A stretch of 64,000 nt of DNA from an uncultured Actinomycetota bacterium (GTDB lineage Bacteria > Actinomycetota > Actinomycetes > Propionibacteriales > Nocardioidaceae), in NCBI GenBank assembly GCA_963790155.1, contig CAWBNL010000004.1:1164013-1228012 (forward strand), written 5' to 3'. The translations under genes and the position numbers were made by a program. Below are positions 31,005 to 40,458 of the stretch, piece by piece (within the stretch, counting starts at the first letter, position 1; each line of letters starts with the position of its first letter). The notes under the pieces are model-generated. The model was not told the DNA's origin. It did no database searches and was given only the letters and a program-made list of their open reading frames with translations.

Positions 31005-32414
31005 ATGCACCAGCTCAACCGACCAATCCGATCAGCGGCGGTCGTCGCGACGACCGCCATCCTCGGAGCGGGCCTGTTCGCCGCTCCTCCCGCCACGGCG
31101 GATCCCTCCCCGGCCCTGCGGGCAGCGAGAGCTGCGGGAGGCACCGACAGCACGCCCTCCACGATCGCTGCCGAGTGGATCAGCGGAGAGCTCACCAACG
31201 GCCTGATGGTCACCGAGTTCGGCCCGGACTTCGGGCTGACCATCGACACGGGCATGGCAATCTCCACCGTCGCCGGGCAGGGGCCCACCGTGACGGCGAT
31301 CAACACCGCCCTCGAGCCGAGGATCGCGGAGTACGTCGGCGACGGGTCGAAGGAGTCCTACGCGGGCCCGCTGGCCAAGGCTGCGGCGTTCGCGCGCACC
31401 GCCAAGAAGAACCCGACCGACTACGGCGGGATCAACCTGATCACGCGTCTGGAGGAGCGCACGGCCGATGTGCCGGCGGACCCGATCGCCCAGCCGCAGG
31501 CCGCGGCGTTCGCCGGTCGGATCTTCGACAGGTCCGAGTTCGGCAACTACGCCAACGTCGTCGGCCAGTCCTACGCCGCGCGCGCCCTGGCACTCGCCCG
31601 GTCCACCGAGGCGGGCGCGGCGCGCGACTTCCTGCTCAAGCAGCAGTGCTCCGCGGGCTTCTTCCGGCTCAACTTCGACAAGGCCGACGTACCCAACCAG
31701 ACGTGCGTCGAGGGTGTGGCCGGCAGCGAGGCCGACCCGGACGCCACCGCGTTCGCGGTGATCAACCTCATCGAGTCGGGTGACACCAGTGCGCCGGTCA
31801 AGAACGCGATCGCCAAGGGCAGCGCCTGGTTGGCCGACCGCCAGCGAGGCAGCGGCGCGATCCGAAGCGCTGGTGAGGGTGCCACGATCAACACCAACTC
31901 GACCGCCCTCGGCGGCTACGCGATGGGACTGGCGAACAACCGCGACGCTGCCCTCAAGGCGGCACTGTGGGTGCGCAAGAACCAGCCGGTGGACAAGTAC
32001 AAGTGCCGCACCGCACTGACCAAGGACACCGGGGCCGTTGCCTACCGCAAGGACCGGGCCACCGAGTCCAAGGCCGGCGGCATCCCGGCCGGCAGCCGTG
32101 ACGAGTGGCGCCGCGCCACCTCGCAGGCGATCCTCGGCCTTCAGTTCGCCCCGGCCAGCAAGGACAGGCTGCGGATCGTGTCGGTGCGCCGCGAGGCCCG
32201 CGCCGGTCAGCGTGTCCAGTTCCGCGTCTTCGGACTGGCACCCAGCGAGAGCGCGTGCATGCAGGTCAAGGGCGACTTCGTGCGCGTCAAGGGCAAGAAG
32301 TCCGGCGAGAAGATCGTGCGCAAGCTCCTGCTGCCCGCAGGCAACCAGCGTCGGACCGCTCTGGTGAAGACGTCCGACGAGCGGGTGCAGACCTCGCTCC
32401 GGGTCCGTAACTGA
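31005..32414 (+). CDS. Secreted prenyltransferase/squalene-oxidase-repeat (alpha/alpha barrel) protein, paralog 1
   Basis: Signal peptide; FLLKQQCSAGFF, DPDATA, WLADRQRGSG, NTNSTAL; basic C-terminal domain. Confidence 0.7.
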   Translation: MHQLNRPIRSAAVVATTAILGAGLFAAPPATADPSPALRAARAAGGTDSTPSTIAAEWISGELTNGLMVTEFGPDFGLTIDTGMAISTVAGQGPTVTAINTALEPRIAEYVGDGSKESYAGPLAKAAAFARTAKKNPTDYGGINLITRLEERTADVPADPIAQPQAAAFAGRIFDRSEFGNYANVVGQSYAARALALARSTEAGAARDFLLKQQCSAGFFRLNFDKADVPNQTCVEGVAGSEADPDATAFAVINLIESGDTSAPVKNAIAKGSAWLADRQRGSGAIRSAGEGATINTNSTALGGYAMGLANNRDAALKAALWVRKNQPVDKYKCRTALTKDTGAVAYRKDRATESKAGGIPAGSRDEWRRATSQAILGLQFAPASKDRLRIVSVRREARAGQRVQFRVFGLAPSESACMQVKGDFVRVKGKKSGEKIVRKLLLPAGNQRRTALVKTSDERVQTSLRVRN

Positions 32415-32437
32415 CCCTCCCGCACCACCTCGCAGAT

Positions 32438-32474
32438 CACCTCGGCCCGGCGTCCCGCACGCCGGGCCGAGGTG
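32438..32474 (+). terminator. Perfect 16-bp inverted repeat, probable terminator between paralog 1 and riboswitch operon
   Basis: CACCTCGGCCCGGCGT-CCCGC-ACGCCGGGCCGAGGTG. Confidence 0.75.
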
Positions 32475-32507
32475 CATCCGGGGCCGTGAGAGGACTACGC
32501 TGCACAT

Positions 32508-32635
32508 GCCGCACCTACCTGGGTCGGCACCACGTACGCCCGAGCTGGGGAAAGCCGGTCCAAAACCGGCGCTGACCCGCAACCGTAGGCATGGGAGCAA
32601 TCCCGTGTGAGCCGGAACACCCGCCTCGACGCGTC
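32508..32635 (+). ncRNA. Cobalamin (B12) riboswitch
   Basis: GGGAAAGCCGGT-CCAAA-ACCGGC-GCTGACCCGCAACCGT core and GAGCCGGAACACCCGCC B12-box; TACGCT -10 at 32496; precedes ECF operon. Confidence 0.85.
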
Positions 32636-32718
32636 TTTATCACCATCGCTGTCGAGGAATGCAGCGGGGGCTGCGGCGCATGCCGTCCTCCCTCGCTGTC
32701 GCAGCGAGGAAGGAACCC

Positions 32719-34605
32719 ATGACGTTCTCCCTGCCGAGAAGTGCCTTCTCGGGGATCGCGCTGGCCGTCGCCGCCACCGCGCTTACCCCACCCCTGCTGG
32801 CCCCTGCAGCCGTCGCCGCCACGGAGGTCCCGGCTCCGGCCACCGCCCGTGCCGGCATCGGATGGCTTGCGACCCAGCTCACGAACGGTGTCATCCGCAA
32901 TCCGAACTTCGGCGGCTTCGACGACTTCGGGCTGACGCTCGACATCGGCCTGAGCATGGACGAGGTCGGGGGCGACCAGGCCCTGGTGCGCCAGATCCGC
33001 ACGGCCATGGCCCCGAAGATCGCCAGCTATGTCACCGATGTCGACTACGGCGCCCCCGAGAACCGTTACTCGGGCTCGCTCTCCAAGTCGCTGGTCTTCG
33101 CCCAGGTCACCGGCGCCGACCCCCGGGCCTACGGCGGGTTCGACCTCGTGGACGAGGTCGAGGCGCGGGTGACCACGTCCGGTCCCAGCGCCGGACGGCT
33201 CGCCGACGCCGCCGGCGGCGCGGACTACGCCAACGTGTTCGGTCAGGCGCTGGCAGCCCGTGGGCTGTCGGTCGCAGGCTCGACCAGGGCCGCCGCGGTC
33301 ACCGACTTCCTGCTCCTGCAGCAGTGCTCCTCGGGCTACTTCCGCATCTTCTTCGACACGGACGCCTCCGCGCCGGGTCAGTCCTGCGTCGAGGGTGCCG
33401 AGGACAGCGGCACGGACACCGACGCCACCGCCATGGTGGTCAACCAGCTCGCGGCCGTCCCGTCGCCGTCACCGCGGGTCGAGGCGGCGATCGATCGCGC
33501 CGTGGCCTGGCTCATCGCCACCCAGCGCGCTGACGGCTCGTTCGTCGGCAGTGCCTTCACCCCGGACCCGAACACCAACAGCACCGGGCTCGCGGCCGGC
33601 GCGCTGGCCGCGGACGGCCGGTGCGTGCAGGCCGGCCGGGCAGCCGAGTGGGTCGCCTCGCTGCAGGTCGGCGGCCAGGATGCGTCCTCCCCGCTGGCCG
33701 GTGACGAGGGAGCGCTGCCCTACTCGGCGGCGACGCTCGCCACCGCCACCACCGACGGGATCACCGATGACGTCCTCGACCAGTGGTGGCGCGCCACCAC
33801 CCAGGCCGTCGCCGGAATCACCCACACCCGCGGCTCCGTCACGGGTCTGAACGTCAGCTCCACCGGTAGCGAGCCCGCCCAGCGAGCGGCCCTCACAGCC
33901 ACCGGCGCCGCAGTCGGTGACCGCTTCTGCCTCAGCGGCCCGGGCATCTCCGGCAGCCGTACGGTCGTCGTCGGCACCGACGGTGTCCTCGACGCGCGGG
34001 TCACGCTTCCTGCTGCCGCCGGCCCGGCGGCGTACACGCTGACCGGCCGTGACGGCTCCGTGACGCGCACGGTGGACGTGCGCTCGTCCAGCGCGCCCAG
34101 CTCGATCGCCGGCGTCACCCTCGTCGGACCCTCGGGCTACCGCAGGGCCGCCAGCACGCAGACCCTCGAGGTCAGTGGTGCGGCCCCCGGCGCCCGCTAC
34201 GTGCTGCGTGGTCCGGGCATCGACGACGTCACCGTCGTGGTCGGCTCCGACGGTGCCCTGACCCGGACGGTCACGCTGCCCGCCAGGACCACGACGGCGT
34301 CGTACGTCCTGGTCGGTTCCGGCGGTCAGGTGAGCGAGGACATCCGCGTCCTGGCTCGCGCGAAGCTCAGGCTCTCCACCCGGAAGAGCACGGGCGCCCG
34401 CAAGCGCGTCGTCGTGCGCAGGCTCGCCGCGAACGAGAAGGTCCGTCTGCTGGTCGCGGGCAGGACCGTCGCCAAGGGGCGCGCCAACGCCAGGGGTCGC
34501 TTCGTGGCCAGGGTCGCGCTCCCCGCGGACAGGAAGAAGGTCAGGGTCCGCGCGGTCGGTCAGTTCCCGGCCCTCCGCTCCGGCACGACCACGCTGAAGC
34601 GATGA
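32719..34605 (+). CDS. Secreted prenyltransferase/squalene-oxidase-repeat protein, paralog 2 (B12-regulated), with C-terminal beta-rich domains
   Basis: Signal peptide; FLLLQQCSSGYF, DTDATA, WLIATQRADGSF, PNTNSTGLA; ATG 32719 after AAGGA. Confidence 0.75.
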   Translation: MTFSLPRSAFSGIALAVAATALTPPLLAPAAVAATEVPAPATARAGIGWLATQLTNGVIRNPNFGGFDDFGLTLDIGLSMDEVGGDQALVRQIRTAMAPKIASYVTDVDYGAPENRYSGSLSKSLVFAQVTGADPRAYGGFDLVDEVEARVTTSGPSAGRLADAAGGADYANVFGQALAARGLSVAGSTRAAAVTDFLLLQQCSSGYFRIFFDTDASAPGQSCVEGAEDSGTDTDATAMVVNQLAAVPSPSPRVEAAIDRAVAWLIATQRADGSFVGSAFTPDPNTNSTGLAAGALAADGRCVQAGRAAEWVASLQVGGQDASSPLAGDEGALPYSAATLATATTDGITDDVLDQWWRATTQAVAGITHTRGSVTGLNVSSTGSEPAQRAALTATGAAVGDRFCLSGPGISGSRTVVVGTDGVLDARVTLPAAAGPAAYTLTGRDGSVTRTVDVRSSSAPSSIAGVTLVGPSGYRRAASTQTLEVSGAAPGARYVLRGPGIDDVTVVVGSDGALTRTVTLPARTTTASYVLVGSGGQVSEDIRVLARAKLRLSTRKSTGARKRVVVRRLAANEKVRLLVAGRTVAKGRANARGRFVARVALPADRKKVRVRAVGQFPALRSGTTTLKR

Positions 34606-35714
34606 CCAGTCGCGCTGCGCGCCGGTGGACCGTCGCACTGGCACTGCTGGTGGCCGGCCCGGGGTTCGCCCTCGGGTCGGCCCCGGCCGCGAGCGCGGCC
34701 ACCTGTACGTCCTCGGGTGGTGTCAGCGTCGTCGTCGACTATCGCGAGCTCGGCGGCAGCATCGTCACCGCCTGCGCGCCCAGCGGCGGCGGCAGGAGCG
34801 CAGCCGCCATCTTCGCCGAGGCGGGGGTCGCCATCTCCTACGCGACCCGTCAGCCGGGATTCGTGTGCCGCGTCAACGGTGCCCCGGCCAGTGACCCGTG
34901 CGTGAACACGTCGCCGGCGAACGCCTACTGGGGTCTGTGGTGGGCCGGCGGCTCGAGCGCGTCATGGACCTACTCGTCCTACGGCGTGACGTCCCTGACC
35001 GTCCCCGCGGGCGGGTCGGTCGCCTGGTCCTGGCAGCAGGACCGCACGGCCGGCACCAGCGTGCCACCGGCGGTGACCCCGCCGGTGCAGGCCGCGCCCA
35101 CGCCGACGCCGACGACGCCCTCGGCATCCCCCTCGTCGTCCCCGTCGTCCCCGTCGCCGTCGGCATCCCCGTCGTCGTCCCCGTCCCCGTCGTCCTCGCC
35201 GACGGCCAGCCCGACGAACGGCGGTGGGTCATCGGGTGCGTCACCGAGCAACCCGACCTCGGGTTCCACCCCCGGGTCGGGCTCCGGCCCCGGCGGTTCG
35301 GACGGCCCTGGTGGGTCGGACGGGTCGGGTGGCTCGGGCGGGTCAGGCGACACCGGGTCCTCCGGTTCGTCTGCAGCGCCCGAGGCGACTCCCTCCGAGC
35401 CGGCTGCTGCACCTGAGTCTCCCGGAGACTCACGTGCCAGTCGCTCCCCGGACGGCCCGTCCGGCGACCCCTCCGAGCCGACTGTCGCACCTGAGTCGCC
35501 AGGAGACTCAGCCTCGAGCGAGGACCCGGACGACGCGGCTCCCGCGTCCGAGTCCGCACCAGACCCGGGCGCACGCACGGCTGCGGAGGTTGCCCCGCCG
35601 AGCGCTGAGAAGCCCGGACGGGTCCCGGCCGGGATCACGTGGAGCATCGTCGGCCTGCTCGCGATCGCTGTCGCTGCCAGTGCCGTCGTGGCGCGTCGTA
35701 GACGGGGGGTCTGA
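34602..35714 (+). CDS. SCO2322-like surface protein: small Cys-containing domain, Ser/Pro/Gly stalk, C-terminal membrane anchor
   Basis: GVSVVVD..C, GFVCRVNGAP..DPC, AYWGLW, W.YS..G; TM followed by RRRR. Confidence 0.75.
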   Translation: MTSRAARRWTVALALLVAGPGFALGSAPAASAATCTSSGGVSVVVDYRELGGSIVTACAPSGGGRSAAAIFAEAGVAISYATRQPGFVCRVNGAPASDPCVNTSPANAYWGLWWAGGSSASWTYSSYGVTSLTVPAGGSVAWSWQQDRTAGTSVPPAVTPPVQAAPTPTPTTPSASPSSSPSSPSPSASPSSSPSPSSSPTASPTNGGGSSGASPSNPTSGSTPGSGSGPGGSDGPGGSDGSGGSGGSGDTGSSGSSAAPEATPSEPAAAPESPGDSRASRSPDGPSGDPSEPTVAPESPGDSASSEDPDDAAPASESAPDPGARTAAEVAPPSAEKPGRVPAGITWSIVGLLAIAVAASAVVARRRRGV

Positions 35715-35720
35715 CGCGCC

Positions 35721-36842
35721 GTGACCGGATCGGTGGGGCCCGTGCTGGGGCTGCCGCGTGACCTGCACCCGATCGCCTGGTGGTCCTGGGCGATCGGGTT
35801 GGCCACCGCAGCCTCGCTCACCACCAACCCACTGCTGCTGGTGCTCATCATGGGCTCGGCAACGATGGTGGTGATGGCCCGCCGATCCGGTCACCCCTTC
35901 GGGAGGTCGTTCCGGCTCTACGTCATGCTCGCGGCGCTGACGGTGGTCCTCCGGGTGGTGTTCCGCATCATCTTCGGGGGGCAGGAGATCGGGACCGTGC
36001 TGCTCGAGCTCCCCGAGATCCCGTTGCCCGACTGGGCCGCCGGGATCAGGCTCCTCGGTCCGGTGACGAGCGAGGCGCTCCTCGCCGGGCTCTACGACGG
36101 GCTCCGACTCGCGACGATCATCCTGTGCGTGGGGGCGGCCAACTCGCTGGCCAACCCCAAACGGCTGCTCGCGTGCGTGCCGCCGGCGCTCTACGAGATC
36201 GGGACCGCGCTCGTCGTCGCCGTCACGATCTTCCCGCAGCTGGCCGACAGCGCTCGCCGGGTGCGGGCGGCCCAGGCGCTGCGCGGTGGTACGACGACGG
36301 GCGTGGGCCGGCTGCGTCGTTTCCTCGTCCCGGTCCTCGAGGATGCGCTCGAGCGGTCCCTCGCACTGGCTGCCGGCATGGACACCCGGGGCTACGGGCG
36401 GTCCGGGGGCGCGTCCGTCCGCGAACGTCGGGTCACCGGCGCGCTGCTGCTGCTCGCGCTGACCGGCATCTGCGTGGGGACCTACGCCTGGCTCGACCCC
36501 ACCGCACCGCGGATCCTCGCCCTGCCGATGCTCGGCGTCGGGGTGGCCGTCGCCGTGCTCGGCCTGGTCACGGCCGGACGCCGGGTCCAGCGCACCCGCT
36601 ACCGACCCGACCCGTGGCAGGCGCCGGAGTTCGCGACCATCGGCGTCGGGCTCGTTGTCGCAGCGCTCGGCTGGTATGTCGGCCACGCCCAGGTCCCGGT
36701 CGCCTACCCGGGGGTCGACGTGGTTCCCTACCTCTCGCCCCTGGCCCTTGCTGTCGGTCTGGCCGGCATGCTGCCGGCGGTCGCCACCCCGGTCCCGGCG
36801 ACCGCGCCGCGACCGAGAGCCGCGAGGACGGTGGCGGCATGA
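35721..36842 (+). CDS. ECF transporter T component (CbiQ/EcfT family)
   Basis: LHPIAWW, AQALRG, VPVLEDALERSLALAAGMDTRGYG. Confidence 0.9.
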   Translation: MTGSVGPVLGLPRDLHPIAWWSWAIGLATAASLTTNPLLLVLIMGSATMVVMARRSGHPFGRSFRLYVMLAALTVVLRVVFRIIFGGQEIGTVLLELPEIPLPDWAAGIRLLGPVTSEALLAGLYDGLRLATIILCVGAANSLANPKRLLACVPPALYEIGTALVVAVTIFPQLADSARRVRAAQALRGGTTTGVGRLRRFLVPVLEDALERSLALAAGMDTRGYGRSGGASVRERRVTGALLLLALTGICVGTYAWLDPTAPRILALPMLGVGVAVAVLGLVTAGRRVQRTRYRPDPWQAPEFATIGVGLVVAALGWYVGHAQVPVAYPGVDVVPYLSPLALAVGLAGMLPAVATPVPATAPRPRAARTVAA

Positions 36843-38464
36843 CGGAGCAGCGCGTGACGGACCGCAGCGTCATCCAGCTGCGCGACATCGGGTTCCGCTA
36901 CGACCGGCACGAGGTGCTGCGTCACGTCGACCTCACGCTGGAGGAGGGCGAGCTGGTCCTCGTCTCGGGTCGCACGGGTGTCGGGAAGTCCACGTTGCTC
37001 GGCGTCGTGACGGGGCTCGTACCGCGCTTCACCGGTGGCGTGCTGTCCGGCGACGTCCTCCTCGACGGTGCCAGCATCGTCGAGCAGCCGCCGCGCGAAC
37101 GGGCCCACCTCGTCGGCTACGTCGGCCAGGACCCGTTGGCCGGGTTCGTCGCCGACACGGTCGAGGAGGAGCTCGCCTACGGCATGGAGCAGCTCGGCAC
37201 GGCTGCGGGAACGATGCGCCGCCGCGTGGAGGAGACGCTCGACCTGCTCGGCATCGCCGACCTGCGGTCGCGGGACCTGCGCACGCTCTCCGGCGGGCAG
37301 CAGCAGCGGGTCGCGATCGGCGCGGTCCTCACCACGCACCCGCGCGTGCTGGTGCTCGACGAGCCCACCTCGGCACTCGACCCGACGGCCGCCGAGGACG
37401 TCCTGGCCACCATCACCCGGCTCGTCCACGACCTCGGCCTGACCGTCCTGCTCGCCGAGCACCGGCTGGAGCGGGTCGTGCCGTTCGCCGACCGGATCTG
37501 CCTGGTCGCCGGCGACGGCAGCGTCCGCGTCGACGCACCCCAGCACATCCTCGCCGACTCACCGGTCGTGCCGCCGCTGGTCGAGCTGGGACGGCTCGCC
37601 GGGTGGGAGCCGCTCCCGCTGACCGTGCGCGACGCCCGTCGGCACGCGCGCGCGCTGCCCCCGCTGGCGCCCCCGGTGCCCGAGCCCCCACGACCGTCCG
37701 AGCCGCTGCTCGTCGCGCGCGCCGTCACCGTCGTCCACGGCGGCCACGTCGCGGTCCGCGAGCTCGACCTGACCCTGTGCGCCGGCCGGGTGACGGTCCT
37801 GATGGGACGCAACGGCTCCGGCAAGTCGAGCCTGATCTGGGCGCTGCAGGGCTCTGGCAAGCGTCGTTCGGGAGCGGTCGCGGTGATCGGCGACGACCCC
37901 GCGGACCTCGCGCCCGCCGAGCGGCGTACGCACGTCGGGTTGGTGCCGCAGACCGCTGCCGACCTGCTCTACCTCGAGACCGTCGCCGAGGAGTGCGCCG
38001 CCGCGGACGCGGGGGCCGAGGCGGACCCCGGCACGTGCCGAGGGCTGCTCGACCGGCTGGCCCCCGGCATCGAGGCGACCATCCACCCGCGCGACCTCTC
38101 CGAGGGCCAACGGCTCGCCCTGGCACTCTCGATCGTGCTGGCCGCGCGACCGCCGGTGGTCCTGCTCGACGAGCCCACCCGCGGCCTCGACTACGCCGGC
38201 AAGGCCGAGCTCGCCCGGATCGTCGCCGACCTCGCGGCCGACCAGCACGCGGTCCTCCTGGCCACCCACGACGTCGAGTTCGCTGCCCACGTGGCAGACG
38301 ACGTCGTGGTGATGGCCGAGGGGGAGGTCGTCTCCAGCGGCCCACCGCGACGGGTGCTGGCCGAGTCGCCGTCCTTCGCCCCCCAGGTCACCAAGGTGCT
38401 GGGCGCGCCCTGGCTGGTCGTCGAGGACGTGGCCGTCGCGCTCGCCGGGGACGGACACCGATGA
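36839..38464 (+). CDS. ECF transporter fused double ATPase
   Basis: Two Walker A (GRTGVGKS, GRNGSGKS), LSGGQ/LSEGQ, LDEPT. Confidence 0.92.
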   Translation: MTEQRVTDRSVIQLRDIGFRYDRHEVLRHVDLTLEEGELVLVSGRTGVGKSTLLGVVTGLVPRFTGGVLSGDVLLDGASIVEQPPRERAHLVGYVGQDPLAGFVADTVEEELAYGMEQLGTAAGTMRRRVEETLDLLGIADLRSRDLRTLSGGQQQRVAIGAVLTTHPRVLVLDEPTSALDPTAAEDVLATITRLVHDLGLTVLLAEHRLERVVPFADRICLVAGDGSVRVDAPQHILADSPVVPPLVELGRLAGWEPLPLTVRDARRHARALPPLAPPVPEPPRPSEPLLVARAVTVVHGGHVAVRELDLTLCAGRVTVLMGRNGSGKSSLIWALQGSGKRRSGAVAVIGDDPADLAPAERRTHVGLVPQTAADLLYLETVAEECAAADAGAEADPGTCRGLLDRLAPGIEATIHPRDLSEGQRLALALSIVLAARPPVVLLDEPTRGLDYAGKAELARIVADLAADQHAVLLATHDVEFAAHVADDVVVMAEGEVVSSGPPRRVLAESPSFAPQVTKVLGAPWLVVEDVAVALAGDGHR

Positions 38465-39276
38465 GGGACGTCTCCGGGTCGGTGGCGCTGCCCGTGGCCC
38501 TGCCGATCGGCCTGCGCACCGCCGGCGTCCTGGCGCTGGCGTCGGTCGCCGGGCTGATGATGCTGTGCTGGCCACTGCTCCTCGAGGCGCAGCCGGGCCA
38601 GCGCGTGGAGCCGCCGTTCCTCTTCCTCGTCCTGCTGCCGTTGGTGATCGTCGTCGTGCTCGCCGAGATGGGGGAGGGCGGGATGGACTCACGCGTCCTG
38701 GCGGTCCTCGGCGTGCTGTCCGCGGTCAATGCGGTGATGCGGGGCCTCGGGGCCGGGACGGCCGGCATCGAGATGGTGTTCTTCCTGCTCGTCCTGGCGG
38801 GTCGGGTCTTCGGTGCCGGGTTCGGCTTCGCGCTGGGCTGTACGTCGCTCTTCGCGTCCGCGCTGCTCACCGCCGGGGTGGGGCCGTGGCTGCCGTTCCA
38901 GATGATCTGCGCCGCCTGGGTCGGGATGGGCGCGGGCTTCCTCCCGCGCCGCGTCAGCGGGCGCGCGGAGATCGCGGTGCTGGTGGCCTACGCCGTGGTC
39001 GCGGCCTACCTCTACGGCCTGCTGATGAATCTCAGCTACTGGCCGTTCACCCTCGGCATCGTGGTGCCAGGACGCGAGGGCTCCCTGGCCTACGTCGCCG
39101 GCGCCCCGGTCCTGGAGAACGCGCACCGGTTCCTCGTCTACACCCTCCTCACCTCGACCGGCGGCTGGGACACCGGTCGGGCGATCACCACGGGCGTTGC
39201 GATCGTGGTGCTCGGCCCGGCGATCCTGACCACCCTGCGTCGTGCCGCGCGGCGGGCCGTGGTCACACCCGGCTGA
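38461..39276 (+). CDS. ECF transporter S component, CbrT-like (predicted cobalamin)
   Basis: Hydrophobic; GVGPWLPFQM, WDTGRA; under B12 riboswitch. Confidence 0.8.
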   Translation: MRDVSGSVALPVALPIGLRTAGVLALASVAGLMMLCWPLLLEAQPGQRVEPPFLFLVLLPLVIVVVLAEMGEGGMDSRVLAVLGVLSAVNAVMRGLGAGTAGIEMVFFLLVLAGRVFGAGFGFALGCTSLFASALLTAGVGPWLPFQMICAAWVGMGAGFLPRRVSGRAEIAVLVAYAVVAAYLYGLLMNLSYWPFTLGIVVPGREGSLAYVAGAPVLENAHRFLVYTLLTSTGGWDTGRAITTGVAIVVLGPAILTTLRRAARRAVVTPG

Positions 39277-39279
39277 GGA

Positions 39280-40458
39280 TCAGGGCCTGACGAGGATGAT
39301 GCGGTCGTCGGCAGGCGTGGGTCGGCCGCGGCCGTCGCGGTTGGACGTGGTGAGCCAGAGTCGACCGTCCGGAGCGGTGGCGACCGTGCGCAGCCGCCCG
39401 TAGTCCTCGGTGAACCACGCCGTGGGCTGCGAGGCCCTGCCAGCTGCGGAGACCTCGATCCGCCAGAGCCGCTGGCCGCGGAGCCCTGCCATCCACAGGC
39501 GCCCGTCGGCGTAGGCCAATCCGCTCGGCGAGGCCTGCTCCACCGGCCAGACCACCTGCGGATCGATGAACTGCGACCCGCCGCCGACCCCCTCGACCTC
39601 GGGCCAGCCGTAGTTGCCGCCCTTCTCGACCAGGTTGAGCTCGTCGAGCTCGGAGTCGCCGAACTCCGAGGCCCAGAGCCGGCCCTGGTCGTCCCAGGCC
39701 AGGCCCTGGACGTTGCGGTGGCCGAGTGACCACACGGGGGAGTCGGCGTCGGGGTTGCCGGGCGCCGGGGCGCCGTCGGTGGTGATCCGCAGGATCTTGC
39801 CCGCCAGGCTGCCGGGGTCCTGGGCCAGCTCGGGTTCGCCGGTCTCGCCGGTGGTGACGTAGAGGTAGCCGTCGGGGCCGAACGCGATCCGCCCGCCGTC
39901 GTGGATGAAGCCACGAGGGATGCCGTCGAGGACGACGGTCGGCTCGCCCAGCGTCGTGGAGTCGAGCCGAGCGCTGACGACGCGGTTGTCGGTGGCGGTG
40001 GTGAGGTAGAAGTAGACGGTCCGGTCGGTCTCGAAGCCGGGTGACACGGCGACGCCGAGCAGGCCGGCCTCGCCCTCGGGCACGGCGGCGGTGATGGCAC
40101 CGAGTCGGCTGAGCGAGCCGTCGGCGGTGACCCGGAGGACCCGACCGCTGATCCGCTCGGTGACGACCGCGTCGCCGTCGGGCAGGAAGTCGATGCCCCA
40201 GGGGACCTCGAGCAGGTCGACGAGCGTGCGGACAGCCCTGGGGTCGCGGCTGCGGTCGGTGCCGTTCGCTCGCTCCTGGTCGGGGGGCTCCTCGCCCGGG
40301 GGCTCGTTGCTCGGGGTCGGCTGCGAGGGCAGGTCGGTCGGTTGCGTCACCCGCGGGATCGGGGCCGGTGCGTCGCTCGCGGTGCACCCGGTCGCAACAC
40401 CCAGCACCAGCACGAGCGAGGTCATGACCAGACGCGATCCGAGGTGGCCCGTGCTCAT
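39280..40458 (-). CDS. PQQ-dependent sugar dehydrogenase (soluble GDH beta-propeller), probable lipoprotein
   Basis: PWGIDFLPDG, HDGGRIAFGPDG, GHRNVQG, GGNYGWP; lipobox-like ATGC. Confidence 0.9.
   Translation of the reverse strand: MSTGHLGSRLVMTSLVLVLGVATGCTASDAPAPIPRVTQPTDLPSQPTPSNEPPGEEPPDQERANGTDRSRDPRAVRTLVDLLEVPWGIDFLPDGDAVVTERISGRVLRVTADGSLSRLGAITAAVPEGEAGLLGVAVSPGFETDRTVYFYLTTATDNRVVSARLDSTTLGEPTVVLDGIPRGFIHDGGRIAFGPDGYLYVTTGETGEPELAQDPGSLAGKILRITTDGAPAPGNPDADSPVWSLGHRNVQGLAWDDQGRLWASEFGDSELDELNLVEKGGNYGWPEVEGVGGGSQFIDPQVVWPVEQASPSGLAYADGRLWMAGLRGQRLWRIEVSAAGRASQPTAWFTEDYGRLRTVATAPDGRLWLTTSNRDGRGRPTPADDRIILVRP

Noticed and set aside
31005-34605. Terpene cyclase/prenyltransferase biosynthetic cluster
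   Set aside because: Both proteins have signal peptides, lack an evident DXDD cyclase motif, and sit with a B12 riboswitch and ECF genes rather than isoprenoid genes.
35095-35380. Repetitive DNA considered as VNTR or array
   Set aside because: Explained by the Ser/Pro/Gly linker of a surface protein.
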